Assembly (NCBI GenBank): GCA_963764155.1
Contig: CAVXRI010000002.1
Location: forward strand, 322,351-386,350
Source: an uncultured Alphaproteobacteria bacterium
GTDB taxonomy: Bacteria; Pseudomonadota; Alphaproteobacteria; Rhizobiales; Xanthobacteraceae
Direction: 5' to 3'
Length of the DNA: 64,000 nucleotides
Part shown: in pieces, positions 22,412-33,517 of the stretch
Layout of the letters: each line of letters begins with the position of its first letter
Numbering within the stretch: the first letter of the stretch is position 1
The notes under the pieces: model-generated
What the model saw: only the letters and a program-made list of their open reading frames with translations
Databases searched by the model: none
What the model was told of the DNA's origin: nothing
Program-made: the position numbers and the translations under genes

Positions 22412-24613
22412 TCACAGTTGCAATTTATCAAGCCTGATCGGCAGATCTCGCACACGCGTGCCCGTCGCGTGATAGACCGCGTTGGCGATGGCCGCGGCAA
22501 CGCCGACAATGCCTATCTCACCCACCCCCTTGATACCGAGCGGGTTGATGATCTGGTCCGGTTCGTCGACGAAGATGACCTTGATGTCGTGGACATCTGC
22601 GTTCACCGGCACCTGATATTCGGCAATGTTTGGATTCATGACACGCCCGAACCTGTGATCGTAAAGCGTTTCCTCGTGCAGTGCCATGCCAATGCCCCAC
22701 ACGACGCCGCCCATGACCTGACTGTGCGCGGTCTTGGTGTTCAGGATACGGCCTGCAGCCACCGCGCTGACGATCCGGGCCACCCGAATTACCCCGAGCT
22801 GCTCATCCACCTTCACCTCAGCGAATATCGCCGAATGAGTGTTCCGCGCGTGTGAATTGTCCTCCGCGAAGCTATGGGTCTTTTCCTTCTGGATCCTGTC
22901 CAATCCGCCCTGCCGCATTGTGTCGGCGATCGAAACCGCCCGGCTCGCGTCCCGCTTGCTGACGAGTTTACCGTCCGAGAGAACCACATCTTCAAATCGC
23001 AATTCGGCGAGCGGGAAATCCTTGGCCGCTTTCGCGAGCGCCAGCAACTCCTTGAGAATTTCTTCGGCGGTCGCCGCGACGGCGTGCGATGCCGAAGCCG
23101 CCATCCACGAACCGCCCTCAACCGGCGCCTGTGGCAGTGTGGAGTCGCCCAGCTTGATACTGATGTTCTCGATCGGCAGACCGAGAGTATCAGCCGCAAC
23201 TTGCGCCAGGATCGTGTAGGTGCCCGTGCCAATGTCGGAAGCGGCGCACGAGACTTCCGCGTGTCCGTTCGCTGTCAACAGGATTCGCGCAGCCGCCGGC
23301 ATCTGCAGGGCTTCCCACACCCCGCTAGCCATGCCCCAACCCACGAGGTCGCTGCCATCGTGCATCGAGCGGGGCTCCGGGTTGCGCTTGTCCCAGCCAA
23401 ACGCTTCGGCGCCCTGCCGATAGCATTCACGCAGCCGCTTGCTGGTGTAGGGGATGTCGTCGGTTTGGTCCCGCTCTGAATAGCAGTGTAGCCGCAGCTC
23501 TATAGGATCGAGCTTCAGCGCCACTGCAAGCTCATCCATCGCGCATTCGAGAGCGTAGACGCCAGTCGCGGCCCCCGGGGCGCGCATGTCGCAGGGGGTC
23601 GGAACGTCCAGTCGTGCAATCCGATGGGTGTAGTTCGCGCTAGCCGATTTATAGAGCTGCGCCGACCAGCCGGTGTCGTTTCGCGAGAAATCCTCGAACT
23701 GCGACGTAACGGCGGTGGCTTCTTGGGTGATTGCATCCAGGGTGCCGTCCGTCCTGGCCCCAAGCGAAAGCCGCTCAATCGAGGCGGGGCGATACCCGAG
23801 CCCATACATCTGCCGCCGCGTGAGCACGAGCCGCACCGAACGTCGAAGGGCCAAGGCCCCCAGCACGGCGATTACCACCTGGTATTGCGGGCGGAGTCCC
23901 GCACCGAAAGCGCCGCCTACATAAGGGGAAACGACGCGAAGCTCGTCCGGCTTTTTGTCGAACACACTGCAGAGATAGCGCTGCACGTTCTGCACGCCCT
24001 GAGTTTTGTCGTACACCGTAAGTTTGCCGCCGCTCTCCCACATCACGGTCGAGGCAAATAATTCCATCGGATTGTGATGCTCCGCCGGAATGAAATACTC
24101 GGCCTGGTGACGCACTTCTGCCGCGGCAAATGCCTTGTCGGCGTCACCTCGCGCCTGTTCCGGCTTTTCAACCTTGAATGCACGGCCGCGCTGTTCGAAC
24201 AAGTCGGTGACGAATGACTCCTCTTCATATTCGACGTGCACGAGCGAGGCGGCGTAGCGCGCGATCTCCCATTCTTCGGCGAGCACCAGCGCGATCGGCT
24301 GGCCGTTAAAAACGATCTTGTCATCATAGAGCGGGCGAAACGGCGAACCTCGCTCAGGCGCGACGTCATCTTTCCAGGCTTGCTCGTCGTCAGCCATCCG
24401 CGGCCGGTTCTTGTAGGTGAGGACGTCAATGACGCCTGGCACAAGCAGCGCATCGCCGATGTCGATGGCTAAGATTCGGCCTCTCGGGATTGTGGAGACG
24501 ACGACGGCGCCGTGGGCAAGCCCGCTCGCATTGAACTCGCCGGCGTATCTGGCTTCTCCGGTTACCTTGGCTCGCCCGTCCACGCGCGACGTCGCAGTGC
24601 CGATGTAATTCAT
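22412..24613 (-). CDS. Xanthine dehydrogenase-family molybdopterin subunit (PaoC/YagR-like)
   Basis: RVDGRAKVTG, HHNPME, GGAFG, MRAPG, DIGTGTYT, KGVGEIG. Confidence 0.9.
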   Translation of the reverse strand: MNYIGTATSRVDGRAKVTGEARYAGEFNASGLAHGAVVVSTIPRGRILAIDIGDALLVPGVIDVLTYKNRPRMADDEQAWKDDVAPERGSPFRPLYDDKIVFNGQPIALVLAEEWEIARYAASLVHVEYEEESFVTDLFEQRGRAFKVEKPEQARGDADKAFAAAEVRHQAEYFIPAEHHNPMELFASTVMWESGGKLTVYDKTQGVQNVQRYLCSVFDKKPDELRVVSPYVGGAFGAGLRPQYQVVIAVLGALALRRSVRLVLTRRQMYGLGYRPASIERLSLGARTDGTLDAITQEATAVTSQFEDFSRNDTGWSAQLYKSASANYTHRIARLDVPTPCDMRAPGAATGVYALECAMDELAVALKLDPIELRLHCYSERDQTDDIPYTSKRLRECYRQGAEAFGWDKRNPEPRSMHDGSDLVGWGMASGVWEALQMPAAARILLTANGHAEVSCAASDIGTGTYTILAQVAADTLGLPIENISIKLGDSTLPQAPVEGGSWMAASASHAVAATAEEILKELLALAKAAKDFPLAELRFEDVVLSDGKLVSKRDASRAVSIADTMRQGGLDRIQKEKTHSFAEDNSHARNTHSAIFAEVKVDEQLGVIRVARIVSAVAAGRILNTKTAHSQVMGGVVWGIGMALHEETLYDHRFGRVMNPNIAEYQVPVNADVHDIKVIFVDEPDQIINPLGIKGVGEIGIVGVAAAIANAVYHATGTRVRDLPIRLDKLQL

Positions 24614-24620
24614 GCGCAAC

Positions 24621-25636
24621 TCATCTGATCTTTTTGTCGATTTGCGATTGCGGCCTGCCCTGCGCGGCTTGCGTAAGAGTGCGCACGATGGCTCGCCGCG
24701 CCAGTCCGATCTTGAAACTGTTGTGCTCGTAACCCTTGGCGTCGCGAAGCAAGATGTCAGCGGCTTGCATAAAGGATGTCTCGTTTGCTCGCTGCCCGTG
24801 CAACGCGGCTTCGGCGGACACGCTTCGCCACGGTTTATGCGCCACTCCGCCGAGCGCCAGTCGTGCTTGGCTGATCGTATCCCCATCCAGGTCCAGGGCG
24901 GCCGCCACCGAGACCAGCGCAAAGGCGTAGGACAGACGATCGCGGATTTTCAGGTAGGAATAGTTCTTCGCGAAGCCTTGGGCCGGAAGCTCGATCGCGG
25001 TGATGATTTCGTCCGCATGCAGGTTGGTATCGCGTTCCGGCGTGTTGCCAGGCAGTCGATGAAAGTCCTCGAATGCGATCACGCGCGCGCCCTGCGGCCC
25101 GATCGCATGTACTTTCGCCTCCAGTGCCGCAAGTGCGATGCACATGTCGGATGGATGGGTCGCGATGCAGGCCTCGCTGGTGCCAAGGATCGCGTGGTTG
25201 CGGTTGACGCCGCCTAGCGCAGAACAATCGCTGCCGGGCTCGCGTTTGTTGCAGGGCGTCGCAGTGTCATAAAAGTAAGCGCATCGTGTGCGTTGCAGAA
25301 GATTCCGCCGGTCGAAGCCATGTTACGCAATTGTGCCGACGCGCCCGCCAGGATCGCGCTACTCAGCAGGGGATAGCGTTGCTCGATCAGGGGATGCCAG
25401 GCGAGATCGGAATTCGGCACCAGCGCGCCGATCTGTAGCCCTCCTTCCGCGGTCTCTTCGATCGTTCGCAGCGATAGGCGCGAAATGTCGATCAGTCGGG
25501 AAGGGCGTTCGACATCTTCCTTCATCAGGTCGATCAAATTAGTGCCGCCCGCGATGAATTTGGCTGTCCTGTCGGCGGCGATCTGGCGCACCGCGTCGGC
25601 CACGTCGCTGGCCCGGATGTACTGGAAATTGATCAT
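24621..25636 (-). CDS. FAD-binding subunit (PaoB/YagS-like); apparent frameshift at ~25304
   Basis: IAGGTNLIDLMK and QLRNMASTGG; after the shift NLLQRTRCAYFYD...CNKREPGSDC (4Fe-4S insert) and YLKIRDRLSYAFALVS. Confidence 0.88.
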
Positions 25637-26193
25637 GGCCTACCGCCTGGTGCGTCCATCGCCTGCTGAATCGCTGCCACGATGTTCGGATAAGCGCCGC
25701 AGCGGCAGATATTGCCGCTCATCAGTTCGCGGATCTCGTCTGCCGTTTTGGCCTTGCCCTCGGCCAGCAGGCCCGCGGCCGAGCAAATCTGCCCCGGCGT
25801 GCAATAGCCGCATTGGAACGCGTCGTGGTCAATGAACGCCTGCTGAAGGGGGTGCAGTCCGTTTTCGAATGACATCCCCTCGATTGTCGTAACGTTCGCT
25901 CCGTCTTTCATGACGGCGAGCGTGAGGCAGGAAGTGACACGCCGCCCATCGACCAGCACGGTGCAAGCGCCGCATTGACCGTGATCGCAACCCTTTTTTG
26001 TACCGGTCAGGTCCAGGTAATCCCGCAACAGGTCCAGCAGCGTGACCCAAGGGGCAATTTCCAGTTTTCGTTCGGCACCGTTGATGATCATCGATACCGA
26101 AAGTTTGGGGACAGCCGTGGGATACCCGCCCGGCCGCACTTCGAGTCGGTTCGATTCATTTCGATCTCCGCGCGCCCCGGCAGCCAAGTCCAA
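25633..26193 (-). CDS. 2Fe-2S subunit (PaoA/YagT-like); start uncertain
   Basis: GTKKGCDHGQCGACT, QCGYCTPG, GNICRCGAY. Confidence 0.9.
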   Translation of the reverse strand: MDLAAGARGDRNESNRLEVRPGGYPTAVPKLSVSMIINGAERKLEIAPWVTLLDLLRDYLDLTGTKKGCDHGQCGACTVLVDGRRVTSCLTLAVMKDGANVTTIEGMSFENGLHPLQQAFIDHDAFQCGYCTPGQICSAAGLLAEGKAKTADEIRELMSGNICRCGAYPNIVAAIQQAMDAPGGRP

Positions 26194-26378
26194 GCCCCAG
26201 CAACCGCGACGATGGCTCGAAGTTCCTTAGCCCCGCTGCTCTTTATGGAGACAACTACCCAGCCGCTTGGGAGGCCCCGCCGCACGCTTCGTTGCTGATC
26301 CCAGGAACCGCGTCCGGAAACAATGCTGCCGAGAAAAGGGATTGCGGGCGCGGATACTCGTCGCGACAGCTGCCGAAT

Positions 26379-27803
26379 TCAGGCCTGCCGAAAGCCCATG
26401 CGAAAAGCGCCCCAATGCCGGCCGCGAACATAGATGGGCGAAGAGAGATCCTTCATCAGCACGAAATTGCCGCCGCCCATGTCGCGCCGGTAGGTCTGCA
26501 GCAGAAATGGCCTGGTACTCCCAGCCACTTTTTTCACGGCGCGATCGTCAAACAGTCGACGATTGCGGCAATTGGCGTTGTTCCAAACCGGATCTGATCC
26601 TTGCGGCAGGCGATAGTTCGGATTGTGGGTCGGAAGATAGCCGCCCTTCGCCCACGCGACGCTGAACACGATACGGGGGTCGGACTTCTGAATGGGATCC
26701 TGGATCGGCGGCAGGATGCGGTCGGTGAAATCGACGTATTCGGTGAGATACTGCTTGGGGTTGGTGCCCGATACTTCGCGGTAATTTTCGTCCATCAATT
26801 GATCCAGCCGGATTTCGCCCCGATCGACCGCGGATTCGAATTCCGCCGAGATCCGCTTGGCCGTGTCGATCACGAGCCGGATCAGCGGCGCGTCTGATGT
26901 TTCCACCCCGCTGTCGGCGATGATGGCGATCAGGCCTTCGGAAGTCTCAAGCAATTTGGCGACCCTGTCGTCGGCATGCTTCAGGTCCGTCGATGACAAA
27001 TCGACGCCCTTTGCCAGCTTGCCGAGTTCGCCGATCACCCCGTCGCAATGCGCGAGATTGGACGTCGCCGCTTTTGCCACGTCGTCGATCTTGCGGCCGA
27101 CTGATGTAAACCCTTCCTGCACGCGAACGATGATGCTTTTTATTTCCTGTGCGCCTTCGCCGGCGCTCTTGGCCCGCAACGACGCCTCGCCGCTCTCGCC
27201 GATCAGATTGTTCACCTGACCATCGAGATCGCGAACCGTATTGCCGATCCGGTTAGTCGCCTGCCGCGTTGCTTCCGCGAGGTTTTTCACCTCGTTCGCG
27301 ACCACCGCGAAGCCCCGTCCAGCTGCGCCGGCACGCGCGGCTTCGATCGTTGCATTGAGCGCGAGCAGGTTTGTCTGCCGGGCGATGGCTTCGATCGAAA
27401 CGGATACTTTTCCGACCTCGGCCAATGCAGAGCCGACCGAGGCGAGACGATGCTCGATGCGGCTGACTGCATCGATCAGTTCCGAGATATGCTGGACCGC
27501 TGCCTCAACCGCGGCGCGGGACTGGGTGATCTCGCCGACTGCGGCCAATGTCGTCGTTTGCACCGTCTGCGACGCGTTGGCGATGTCATGATTGGCCGAA
27601 ACCATGGTCTCGGCTGTCTTTTGCAGATGGCGGAAACGTTCGGATTGAGCGGTGACGCGGTTCGCGACCTCCTGCACGTTTCCGGCGACATCGGCGAGTT
27701 CAACCCCGAGACCACCGATTCGGCTTGAAAGCTGATCGACCAGGCGCTCGCTCACCGAGGGTACGGCCGTTTCCAACTTTGCGGGCTGGGCTACCGGCAT
27801 CAA
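26379..27803 (-). CDS. Soluble methyl-accepting chemotaxis protein with C-terminal putative sensor domain
   Basis: Hairpin tip [20 protein letters not shown]; no TM helix; C-terminal GYLPTHN...NCRNRRLF...QTYRRDMG...GRHWG domain. Confidence 0.88.
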   Translation of the reverse strand: MMPVAQPAKLETAVPSVSERLVDQLSSRIGGLGVELADVAGNVQEVANRVTAQSERFRHLQKTAETMVSANHDIANASQTVQTTTLAAVGEITQSRAAVEAAVQHISELIDAVSRIEHRLASVGSALAEVGKVSVSIEAIARQTNLLALNATIEAARAGAAGRGFAVVANEVKNLAEATRQATNRIGNTVRDLDGQVNNLIGESGEASLRAKSAGEGAQEIKSIIVRVQEGFTSVGRKIDDVAKAATSNLAHCDGVIGELGKLAKGVDLSSTDLKHADDRVAKLLETSEGLIAIIADSGVETSDAPLIRLVIDTAKRISAEFESAVDRGEIRLDQLMDENYREVSGTNPKQYLTEYVDFTDRILPPIQDPIQKSDPRIVFSVAWAKGGYLPTHNPNYRLPQGSDPVWNNANCRNRRLFDDRAVKKVAGSTRPFLLQTYRRDMGGGNFVLMKDLSSPIYVRGRHWGAFRMGFRQA

Positions 27804-27873
27804 TGCATTCCTTCAAATATGTTCGGCGACTTGGTAGTCACGCTCCGGTGCGGACGAAGCTAAAATACAAAAC

Positions 27874-29631
27874 TCAAATCTTGTAGGCAGTTCGAAATCC
27901 GCCCCAGTGCCGGCCATGGACGCGGATCGGCACGTCTATCTCGCGCATCATCACCGTGTGACCGTTGCCCATGTCGCGGGCGTAACTTTGGATCAAATAA
28001 GGCCGCAGATTACGACCGGCAGCCAGGCCCGCTGTATCGTTGAAGATTCGCCGGTTGCGACTGTTAGCGGTGTTCCATGCGACATCGCCGGGCCGTTGCG
28101 AATGTGAGTAGACCTTGTTGTGCACCGGTAGATAGCCATTGCGATCGATCATGGCGCAAAACACCATGCGCGGGTCCTTGGCCAGGAAAGTTTCCTGAAA
28201 CGGAGGCAGCATTCGATCGGCCCAATCGAGGATTTTGGTTCGATGCTGCTGTGGATTGGTGCCTCCGATCTCGACGTACTCGGCATCGAACATGTCCTCG
28301 ATCGAGATCGCGCCGCTGGTCACTCCGTTTTCGAAGATTTTGGTCAGTGCTGCGCCGGCTTCCATGGCGCGCGTCACATATTCGGTGTTTTCCTCGTGAA
28401 TCGACCACAATTTGTCTTCGATCTTTTCGCTCAGAGCCGCGTCAGGTGTCTCGAACCGCGCCTTCGCGCCGGCGCTGGAATGTTCGGTAATTCGGATCCG
28501 GCACGCGCCGACGCCGTCCAGCATCGCCTCAAGCCGTTCGTGTCGCGGCAATCCGCCAGCGTCCGCTCCCGAGATCAGAATGCCCTGCATGGAAATCTCA
28601 TAAACCGGCGCTGCGACGACGCCACGGGTGGTCTGCAATTCAATTTTCAGATTGCATGGCAGCCGTTCGCTTCTGCGTCCGTCCTCGCGATCACCTCGAC
28701 CCAGCAGCACCGCGCAGCGCGATTTCAGTTTCTGTGCGAACATCCTGACGGCTTTGCCGGCGTTTGCGACGCTCTCGCCGTGCGCCTCGGCCTCCTTGAT
28801 CGCACTGTCGATCTCGCCGGCGCTGTCGCCGACCGAGACGATAAAGCTGGAGGCGGAGCCCGCGTTGGCTGACATTTCCCCGGTTGTTTGGCTCTGCTCC
28901 GCCACAGCGCCGTGGACGTTTTCGAATACCGGCCGGATCGCGTCGATCGCCTGCGAAATCCTGTGCACCGCGTCGGCGGAGCCTGCCGCGTCTTTTTGCA
29001 GCGCCTCGATTTTTTTGGTGATTTCTTCGGTCGCGTTCTGCGTCTGTACCGCAAGCGCCTTCACCTCGGAGGCGACGACCGCGAAGCCTTTTCCGGCCGC
29101 GCCAGCCCGCGCGGCTTCAATGGTGGAGTTGAGCGCGAGCAGCGTGGTTTGTCTTGCAATCTGCGCGATCAGGTTGATGACATGGCCGATGCCGGCGGAG
29201 GATTCTCGCAGGCGATCGACGTTGACCCGGGCTTGCTGCGCGGCAGCGCAGGCCTGATCGGCGAGCTTGCTGGCCTCGCGTACTTGCGACCCGATGCTTT
29301 GCGCGGAACCTGCAAATTTTTGGGCAGCCTGGGAAAAGCTGCTTGCCGTTGTCTGGGCAGTCACGGTCCGTCCGTTCAGCGCGTCGGTACGCTGGCGGAT
29401 AGTAGAGAGGGTCACCGCCGTCGCCTCTGCGCCCCCGGCAACCGAGTTGGCGGCGCGCTCAAGCTGACAAATCATAGCGCCGAGTTCGAGTTCCAGCAGT
29501 TCAAGGATTTCCTTGGCGGAATCCGTCTCTGAGGCGCACGGCGCATCCGTGGTCGTAATCGGCTTGTCCGGCCCCAACAGGACCGCAGGAGCAACGGGAG
29601 CCGGCAATCGCTTTCTAAAACCGAAAGCCAT
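27874..29631 (-). CDS. Soluble MCP with internal PilZ domain and the same C-terminal domain
   Basis: [20 protein letters not shown]; PilZ-like RRSER...EISMQG; GYLPVHN...NSRNRRIF...QSYARDMG...GRHWG. Confidence 0.85.
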   Translation of the reverse strand: MAFGFRKRLPAPVAPAVLLGPDKPITTTDAPCASETDSAKEILELLELELGAMICQLERAANSVAGGAEATAVTLSTIRQRTDALNGRTVTAQTTASSFSQAAQKFAGSAQSIGSQVREASKLADQACAAAQQARVNVDRLRESSAGIGHVINLIAQIARQTTLLALNSTIEAARAGAAGKGFAVVASEVKALAVQTQNATEEITKKIEALQKDAAGSADAVHRISQAIDAIRPVFENVHGAVAEQSQTTGEMSANAGSASSFIVSVGDSAGEIDSAIKEAEAHGESVANAGKAVRMFAQKLKSRCAVLLGRGDREDGRRSERLPCNLKIELQTTRGVVAAPVYEISMQGILISGADAGGLPRHERLEAMLDGVGACRIRITEHSSAGAKARFETPDAALSEKIEDKLWSIHEENTEYVTRAMEAGAALTKIFENGVTSGAISIEDMFDAEYVEIGGTNPQQHRTKILDWADRMLPPFQETFLAKDPRMVFCAMIDRNGYLPVHNKVYSHSQRPGDVAWNTANSRNRRIFNDTAGLAAGRNLRPYLIQSYARDMGNGHTVMMREIDVPIRVHGRHWGGFRTAYKI

Positions 29632-29892
29632 GAGTTTCTCTGAAAAGCGGGTTGATCTGAAAATGAAAACGGCAGCGAAAATGGGTCGGCAGCGACAAGG
29701 TCCAGAAAGCGCATCCTCGCAGTCGAGCGTGAAGTCGTGGTTAACGACTGCCTTATCGGTGGGCACGCCGCCCTACCCTCATACCGAAACGGGCGCGAAT
29801 CTTTGATTTCAGTATCGGCGCGGCCTATAACGCCGCGCCTTCCGGCCGTTATATCCGCCGGACACGTCCAAAGAATCGCAAGAGACAACCGC

Positions 29893-30639
29893 ATGGCCGG
29901 CCATTCCCAATTCAAAAACATCATGCACCGCAAGGGGCGACAGGACGCCCAAAAGTCGAAGCTGTTCGGCAAGCTGGCGCGCGAGATCACGGTGGCCGCG
30001 AAGCTCGGGACACCCGACCCCGCCATGAATCCCCGCCTGCGGGCCGCCGTGATCGCGGCACGCGAGGAAAACATGCCAAAGGACAACATCGAGCGCGCGA
30101 TCAAAAAGGCGATCGGCGGCGAGGGCGAGAGCTATGACGAAATCCGCTATGAGGGTTACGGCCCGGGCGGCGTCGCGATTATCGTCGAAGCGCTGACCGA
30201 CAATCGCAACCGCGCTGCTTCGGACATCCGCTCCTTTTTCACCAAATCCGGCGGCAATCTCGGTGAAAGCGGCTCCGTTGCTTTCATGTTCGATCGCACC
30301 GGCATTATCGAATTCGATCGCAGCGTCGCCTCCGACGACGCCATCCTGGACGCGGCGATCGAGGCTGGCGCCGATGATGTAATCTCGAGCGAGAGCGGCC
30401 ATGAGATTTACGCTTCGCAGGACAGCTTTCGCGACGTGGCGAAGGCTCTGGAGGCGAAATTCGGCGAACCGCGAAGGGCAGCGCTAACCTGGAAACCGCA
30501 GAACACGGTCGCGGTGGACGATGAGGCCGGCGAGAAGCTGTTGAAGCTGATCGATGTTCTGAACGAACATGACGACGTCCAGAACGTCTATGCGAATTTC
30601 GAGGTCTCGGATGCGCTGCTCGCCAGGATGAGCGGGTAA
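29893..30639 (+). CDS. yebC: YebC/PmpR family protein
   Basis: [39 protein letters not shown]. Confidence 0.95.
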   Translation: MAGHSQFKNIMHRKGRQDAQKSKLFGKLAREITVAAKLGTPDPAMNPRLRAAVIAAREENMPKDNIERAIKKAIGGEGESYDEIRYEGYGPGGVAIIVEALTDNRNRAASDIRSFFTKSGGNLGESGSVAFMFDRTGIIEFDRSVASDDAILDAAIEAGADDVISSESGHEIYASQDSFRDVAKALEAKFGEPRRAALTWKPQNTVAVDDEAGEKLLKLIDVLNEHDDVQNVYANFEVSDALLARMSG

Positions 30640-30693
30640 ATCTCGCTGGCGGCCGGCCCTTGCTCGCTAAATCACTGGTTTCGCCGGGATGAC

Positions 30694-30708
30694 GTTCTCT
30701 TTCTGTTT
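30694..30708 (+). promoter_or_regulatory. Putative alphaproteobacterial LexA box
   Basis: GTTC-N7-GTTT (one mismatch to GTTC-N7-GTTC), 32 bp upstream of the ruvC ATG. Confidence 0.6.
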
Positions 30709-30740
30709 CGCCATCGGTGGTCAGGCGTTATCAGTTGTCC

Positions 30741-31268
30741 ATGACAGCCCAGCCGATTCGCCGCCCTGTCCGTATCCTTGGCATCGATCCCGGCCTGCGC
30801 CGCACCGGGTGGGGCGTGATCGACATTGAAGGCAACCGCTTGATTTATGTCGGCTGCGGTTCAGTGGAACCGCCGGAGGAACTGCCGCTAGCAAGCCGGC
30901 TGCTCGCAATTCACGAGGGGCTCGCGGCGGTGCTCGGGGACTTCAAACCGGAGGAAGCCGCCGTGGAACAGACATTCGTCAATAGGGACGGTGTCGCCAC
31001 GCTGAAACTAGGCCAGGCGCGGGGGGTCGCAATGCTGGCGCCTGCGATGTTCGGGATATCCGTTGCCGAATATGCGCCGAACCAGGTCAAGAAAACCGTT
31101 GTGGGCGCCGGACATGCCGACAAGAACCAGATTTCAGTGATGCTTAAAATCCTGCTGCCGAAAGCCGAGCCGAAATCACCGGATGCCGCGGATGCTCTCG
31201 CGATCGCAATCACGCATGCACATCATCGCCAAAGCGCCGCACTGCGGCTGAAGGTTATCGGCATATGA
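30741..31268 (+). CDS. ruvC: Holliday junction resolvase
   Basis: [23 protein letters not shown]. Confidence 0.95.
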   Translation: MTAQPIRRPVRILGIDPGLRRTGWGVIDIEGNRLIYVGCGSVEPPEELPLASRLLAIHEGLAAVLGDFKPEEAAVEQTFVNRDGVATLKLGQARGVAMLAPAMFGISVAEYAPNQVKKTVVGAGHADKNQISVMLKILLPKAEPKSPDAADALAIAITHAHHRQSAALRLKVIGI

Positions 31269-31882
31269 TCGGGAAGCTAAAGGGCCTGATCGACAGCTAC
31301 GGCGAGGACTTCGTCATCCTCGACGTCGGCGGCGTCGGCTATCAGGTGCATTGCTCGGCGCGCACGCTGCAGGCGATGCCCTCGCCCGGCGAGGCAGCGG
31401 TGCTTTCGATAGAAACCTATGTGCGCGAGGACCAGATAAAATTGTTCGGCTTTCGCGGCGATGTCGAGCGGGAATGGTTTCGCCTGCTGCAGACCGTGCA
31501 GGGCGTCGGCGCCAAGGTGGCGCTCGCTGTGCTCGGCACATTGCCGCCGGCCGAACTCGCGAACGCGATCGCGCTGCGCGATAAGGCCGCGGTGACACGC
31601 ACGCCCGGCGTCGGACCGAAAGTCGCCGAGCGCATTGTCACCGAACTGAAAGACAAGGCACCTCACTTTGCGAACGTCGATCCGGCTCTGGTCCATCTCT
31701 CCGGCGCGATCGACGATCAACGCGCGCCGCGCCCGGTGACCGACGCGATCTCCGCGCTGGTCAATCTCGGATATGGCCAACCGCAGGCGGCGGCTGCGAT
31801 CGCGTCGGCGTCCCGCAGCGCCGGTGAAAGCGCAGAGACCGCACAGTTGATCAGGTTGGGCCTGAAGGAGCTCGCGAAGTGA
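31265..31882 (+). CDS. ruvA: Holliday junction branch migration protein RuvA
   Basis: MIGKLKG, GVGY, VQGVGAK, ALVNLGY. Confidence 0.95.
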   Translation: MIGKLKGLIDSYGEDFVILDVGGVGYQVHCSARTLQAMPSPGEAAVLSIETYVREDQIKLFGFRGDVEREWFRLLQTVQGVGAKVALAVLGTLPPAELANAIALRDKAAVTRTPGVGPKVAERIVTELKDKAPHFANVDPALVHLSGAIDDQRAPRPVTDAISALVNLGYGQPQAAAAIASASRSAGESAETAQLIRLGLKELAK

Positions 31883-31991
31883 TTTTCAGTTCCGCGATTA
31901 GCGCTCGCCCGCTTGTCGTTTTGCTTCACGCGCGACAAAGCTGCGCTTTTCTCGATCGCGACATCGACCGGCCTTCTGTTATCTTCATCTC

Positions 31992-33041
31992 ATGAACCCG
32001 CCCTCCCGGATCATCACGCCCGAGCGCCGCACAGAGGATGCGCCCGATACCGCGCTGCGCCCGCAGGTATTGTCCGAATTCGTCGGGCAGGCCCAAGCGC
32101 GCGCCAACCTCGCCATTTTCATCGAGGCCGCGCGAAAGCGTGGCGAAGCGTTGGATCATGTGTTGTTTGTCGGGCCTCCCGGTCTCGGCAAGACAACGCT
32201 GGCGCAGATCGTCGCGCGCGAACTCGGCGTCGGCTTTCGCGCCACCTCGGGACCGGTGATCGCCAAGGCCGGAGATCTCGCCGCGCTCTTGACCAATCTC
32301 GAAGAGCGCGACGTGCTGTTCATTGACGAAATCCATCGTCTCAGTCCGGCCGTGGAAGAAGTGCTTTATCCGGCCATGGAGGATTTCCAGCTCGACCTGA
32401 TCATCGGCGAGGGACCGGCCGCGCGCTCTGTCAAGATTGAGCTGGCGAAATTCACGCTGGTCGGCGCGACAACGCGTGCGGGGCTTCTGACAAATCCGCT
32501 GCGTGACCGCTTCGGCATTCCGGTGCGGCTGAATTTCTACACCGAAGAGGAACTGGAAAAGATCGTCTCCCGCGGCGCCCGCGTGCTCAAGATAGGCATG
32601 ACGAACGACGGCGCTAACGAGATCGCGCGCCGCGCCCGAGGCACGCCGCGTATCGCGGGACGGTTGTTGCGGCGGGTGCGCGACTTTGCCTCCGCCGCTA
32701 ACGCGGCCTCGATCGATCGCAAGATCGCCGATCATGCACTGAGCGCGCTGGAAGTCGACGCCGCGGGCCTTGATGCCATGGATCGCCGCTATCTCAGCAC
32801 CATCGCGATGAATTATGGCGGCGGCCCCGTCGGGGTGGAAACAATGGCGGCGGCTCTTTCGGAGCCGCGCGATGCCATCGAGGACATCATCGAGCCGTTC
32901 CTGATTCAGTGCGGCTACTTGCAGCGCACTCCGCGCGGCCGCCTGTTAACCTCGCACGCCTTCCGCCATCTCGGCCTTGCCGAGCCCGCGCGCGATCCCG
33001 CGCAATTCGGCCTGTTTGGCGGCGGTGAGGAGGAGTTGTGA
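31992..33041 (+). CDS. ruvB: Holliday junction branch migration ATPase RuvB
   Basis: [30 protein letters not shown]. Confidence 0.97.
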   Translation: MNPPSRIITPERRTEDAPDTALRPQVLSEFVGQAQARANLAIFIEAARKRGEALDHVLFVGPPGLGKTTLAQIVARELGVGFRATSGPVIAKAGDLAALLTNLEERDVLFIDEIHRLSPAVEEVLYPAMEDFQLDLIIGEGPAARSVKIELAKFTLVGATTRAGLLTNPLRDRFGIPVRLNFYTEEELEKIVSRGARVLKIGMTNDGANEIARRARGTPRIAGRLLRRVRDFASAANAASIDRKIADHALSALEVDAAGLDAMDRRYLSTIAMNYGGGPVGVETMAAALSEPRDAIEDIIEPFLIQCGYLQRTPRGRLLTSHAFRHLGLAEPARDPAQFGLFGGGEEEL

Positions 33042-33505
33042 GCGCGGAGCTCCCTTCAATGATCGCCCATCTCGACGGGGCGATCCGCGATGGCCGCCAT
33101 CACATGCAGGTCCGCGTCTACTACGAAGATACGGATTTCAGCGGCGTTGTTTATCACGCCAATTATTTGCGGTTCATGGAGCGCGGAAGGACTAATTATT
33201 TGCGCCTGATGGGAGCCGACCAGCACGCGCTTTTTGCCGAGGCGCAGGCGGAAATGCCCGGCTTCGCGTTCGTGGTGCGCTCGATGCATCTCGACTACTT
33301 GAAGCCCGCACGTATGGATGATGTGCTTGACGTCGTGACGTGGCCGGTCGCGGTAAAGGGCGCTTCGATTACGCTGACACAGGAAGTCCGGCGCGGCGGC
33401 GATGCTTTGGTAAAATCGCAGGTGCGCGTCGCTTTCGTCAGCGAGGGGCGGGCGCAGCCCATACCAAAGGCGTTGCGAACCTTGATGAAGGCCGATCTGA
33501 GCTAG
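33038..33505 (+). CDS. ybgC: Tol-Pal-associated acyl-CoA thioesterase
   Basis: [27 protein letters not shown]. Confidence 0.92.
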   Translation: MSAELPSMIAHLDGAIRDGRHHMQVRVYYEDTDFSGVVYHANYLRFMERGRTNYLRLMGADQHALFAEAQAEMPGFAFVVRSMHLDYLKPARMDDVLDVVTWPVAVKGASITLTQEVRRGGDALVKSQVRVAFVSEGRAQPIPKALRTLMKADLS

Positions 33506-33517
33506 GGTCGCGAATTC

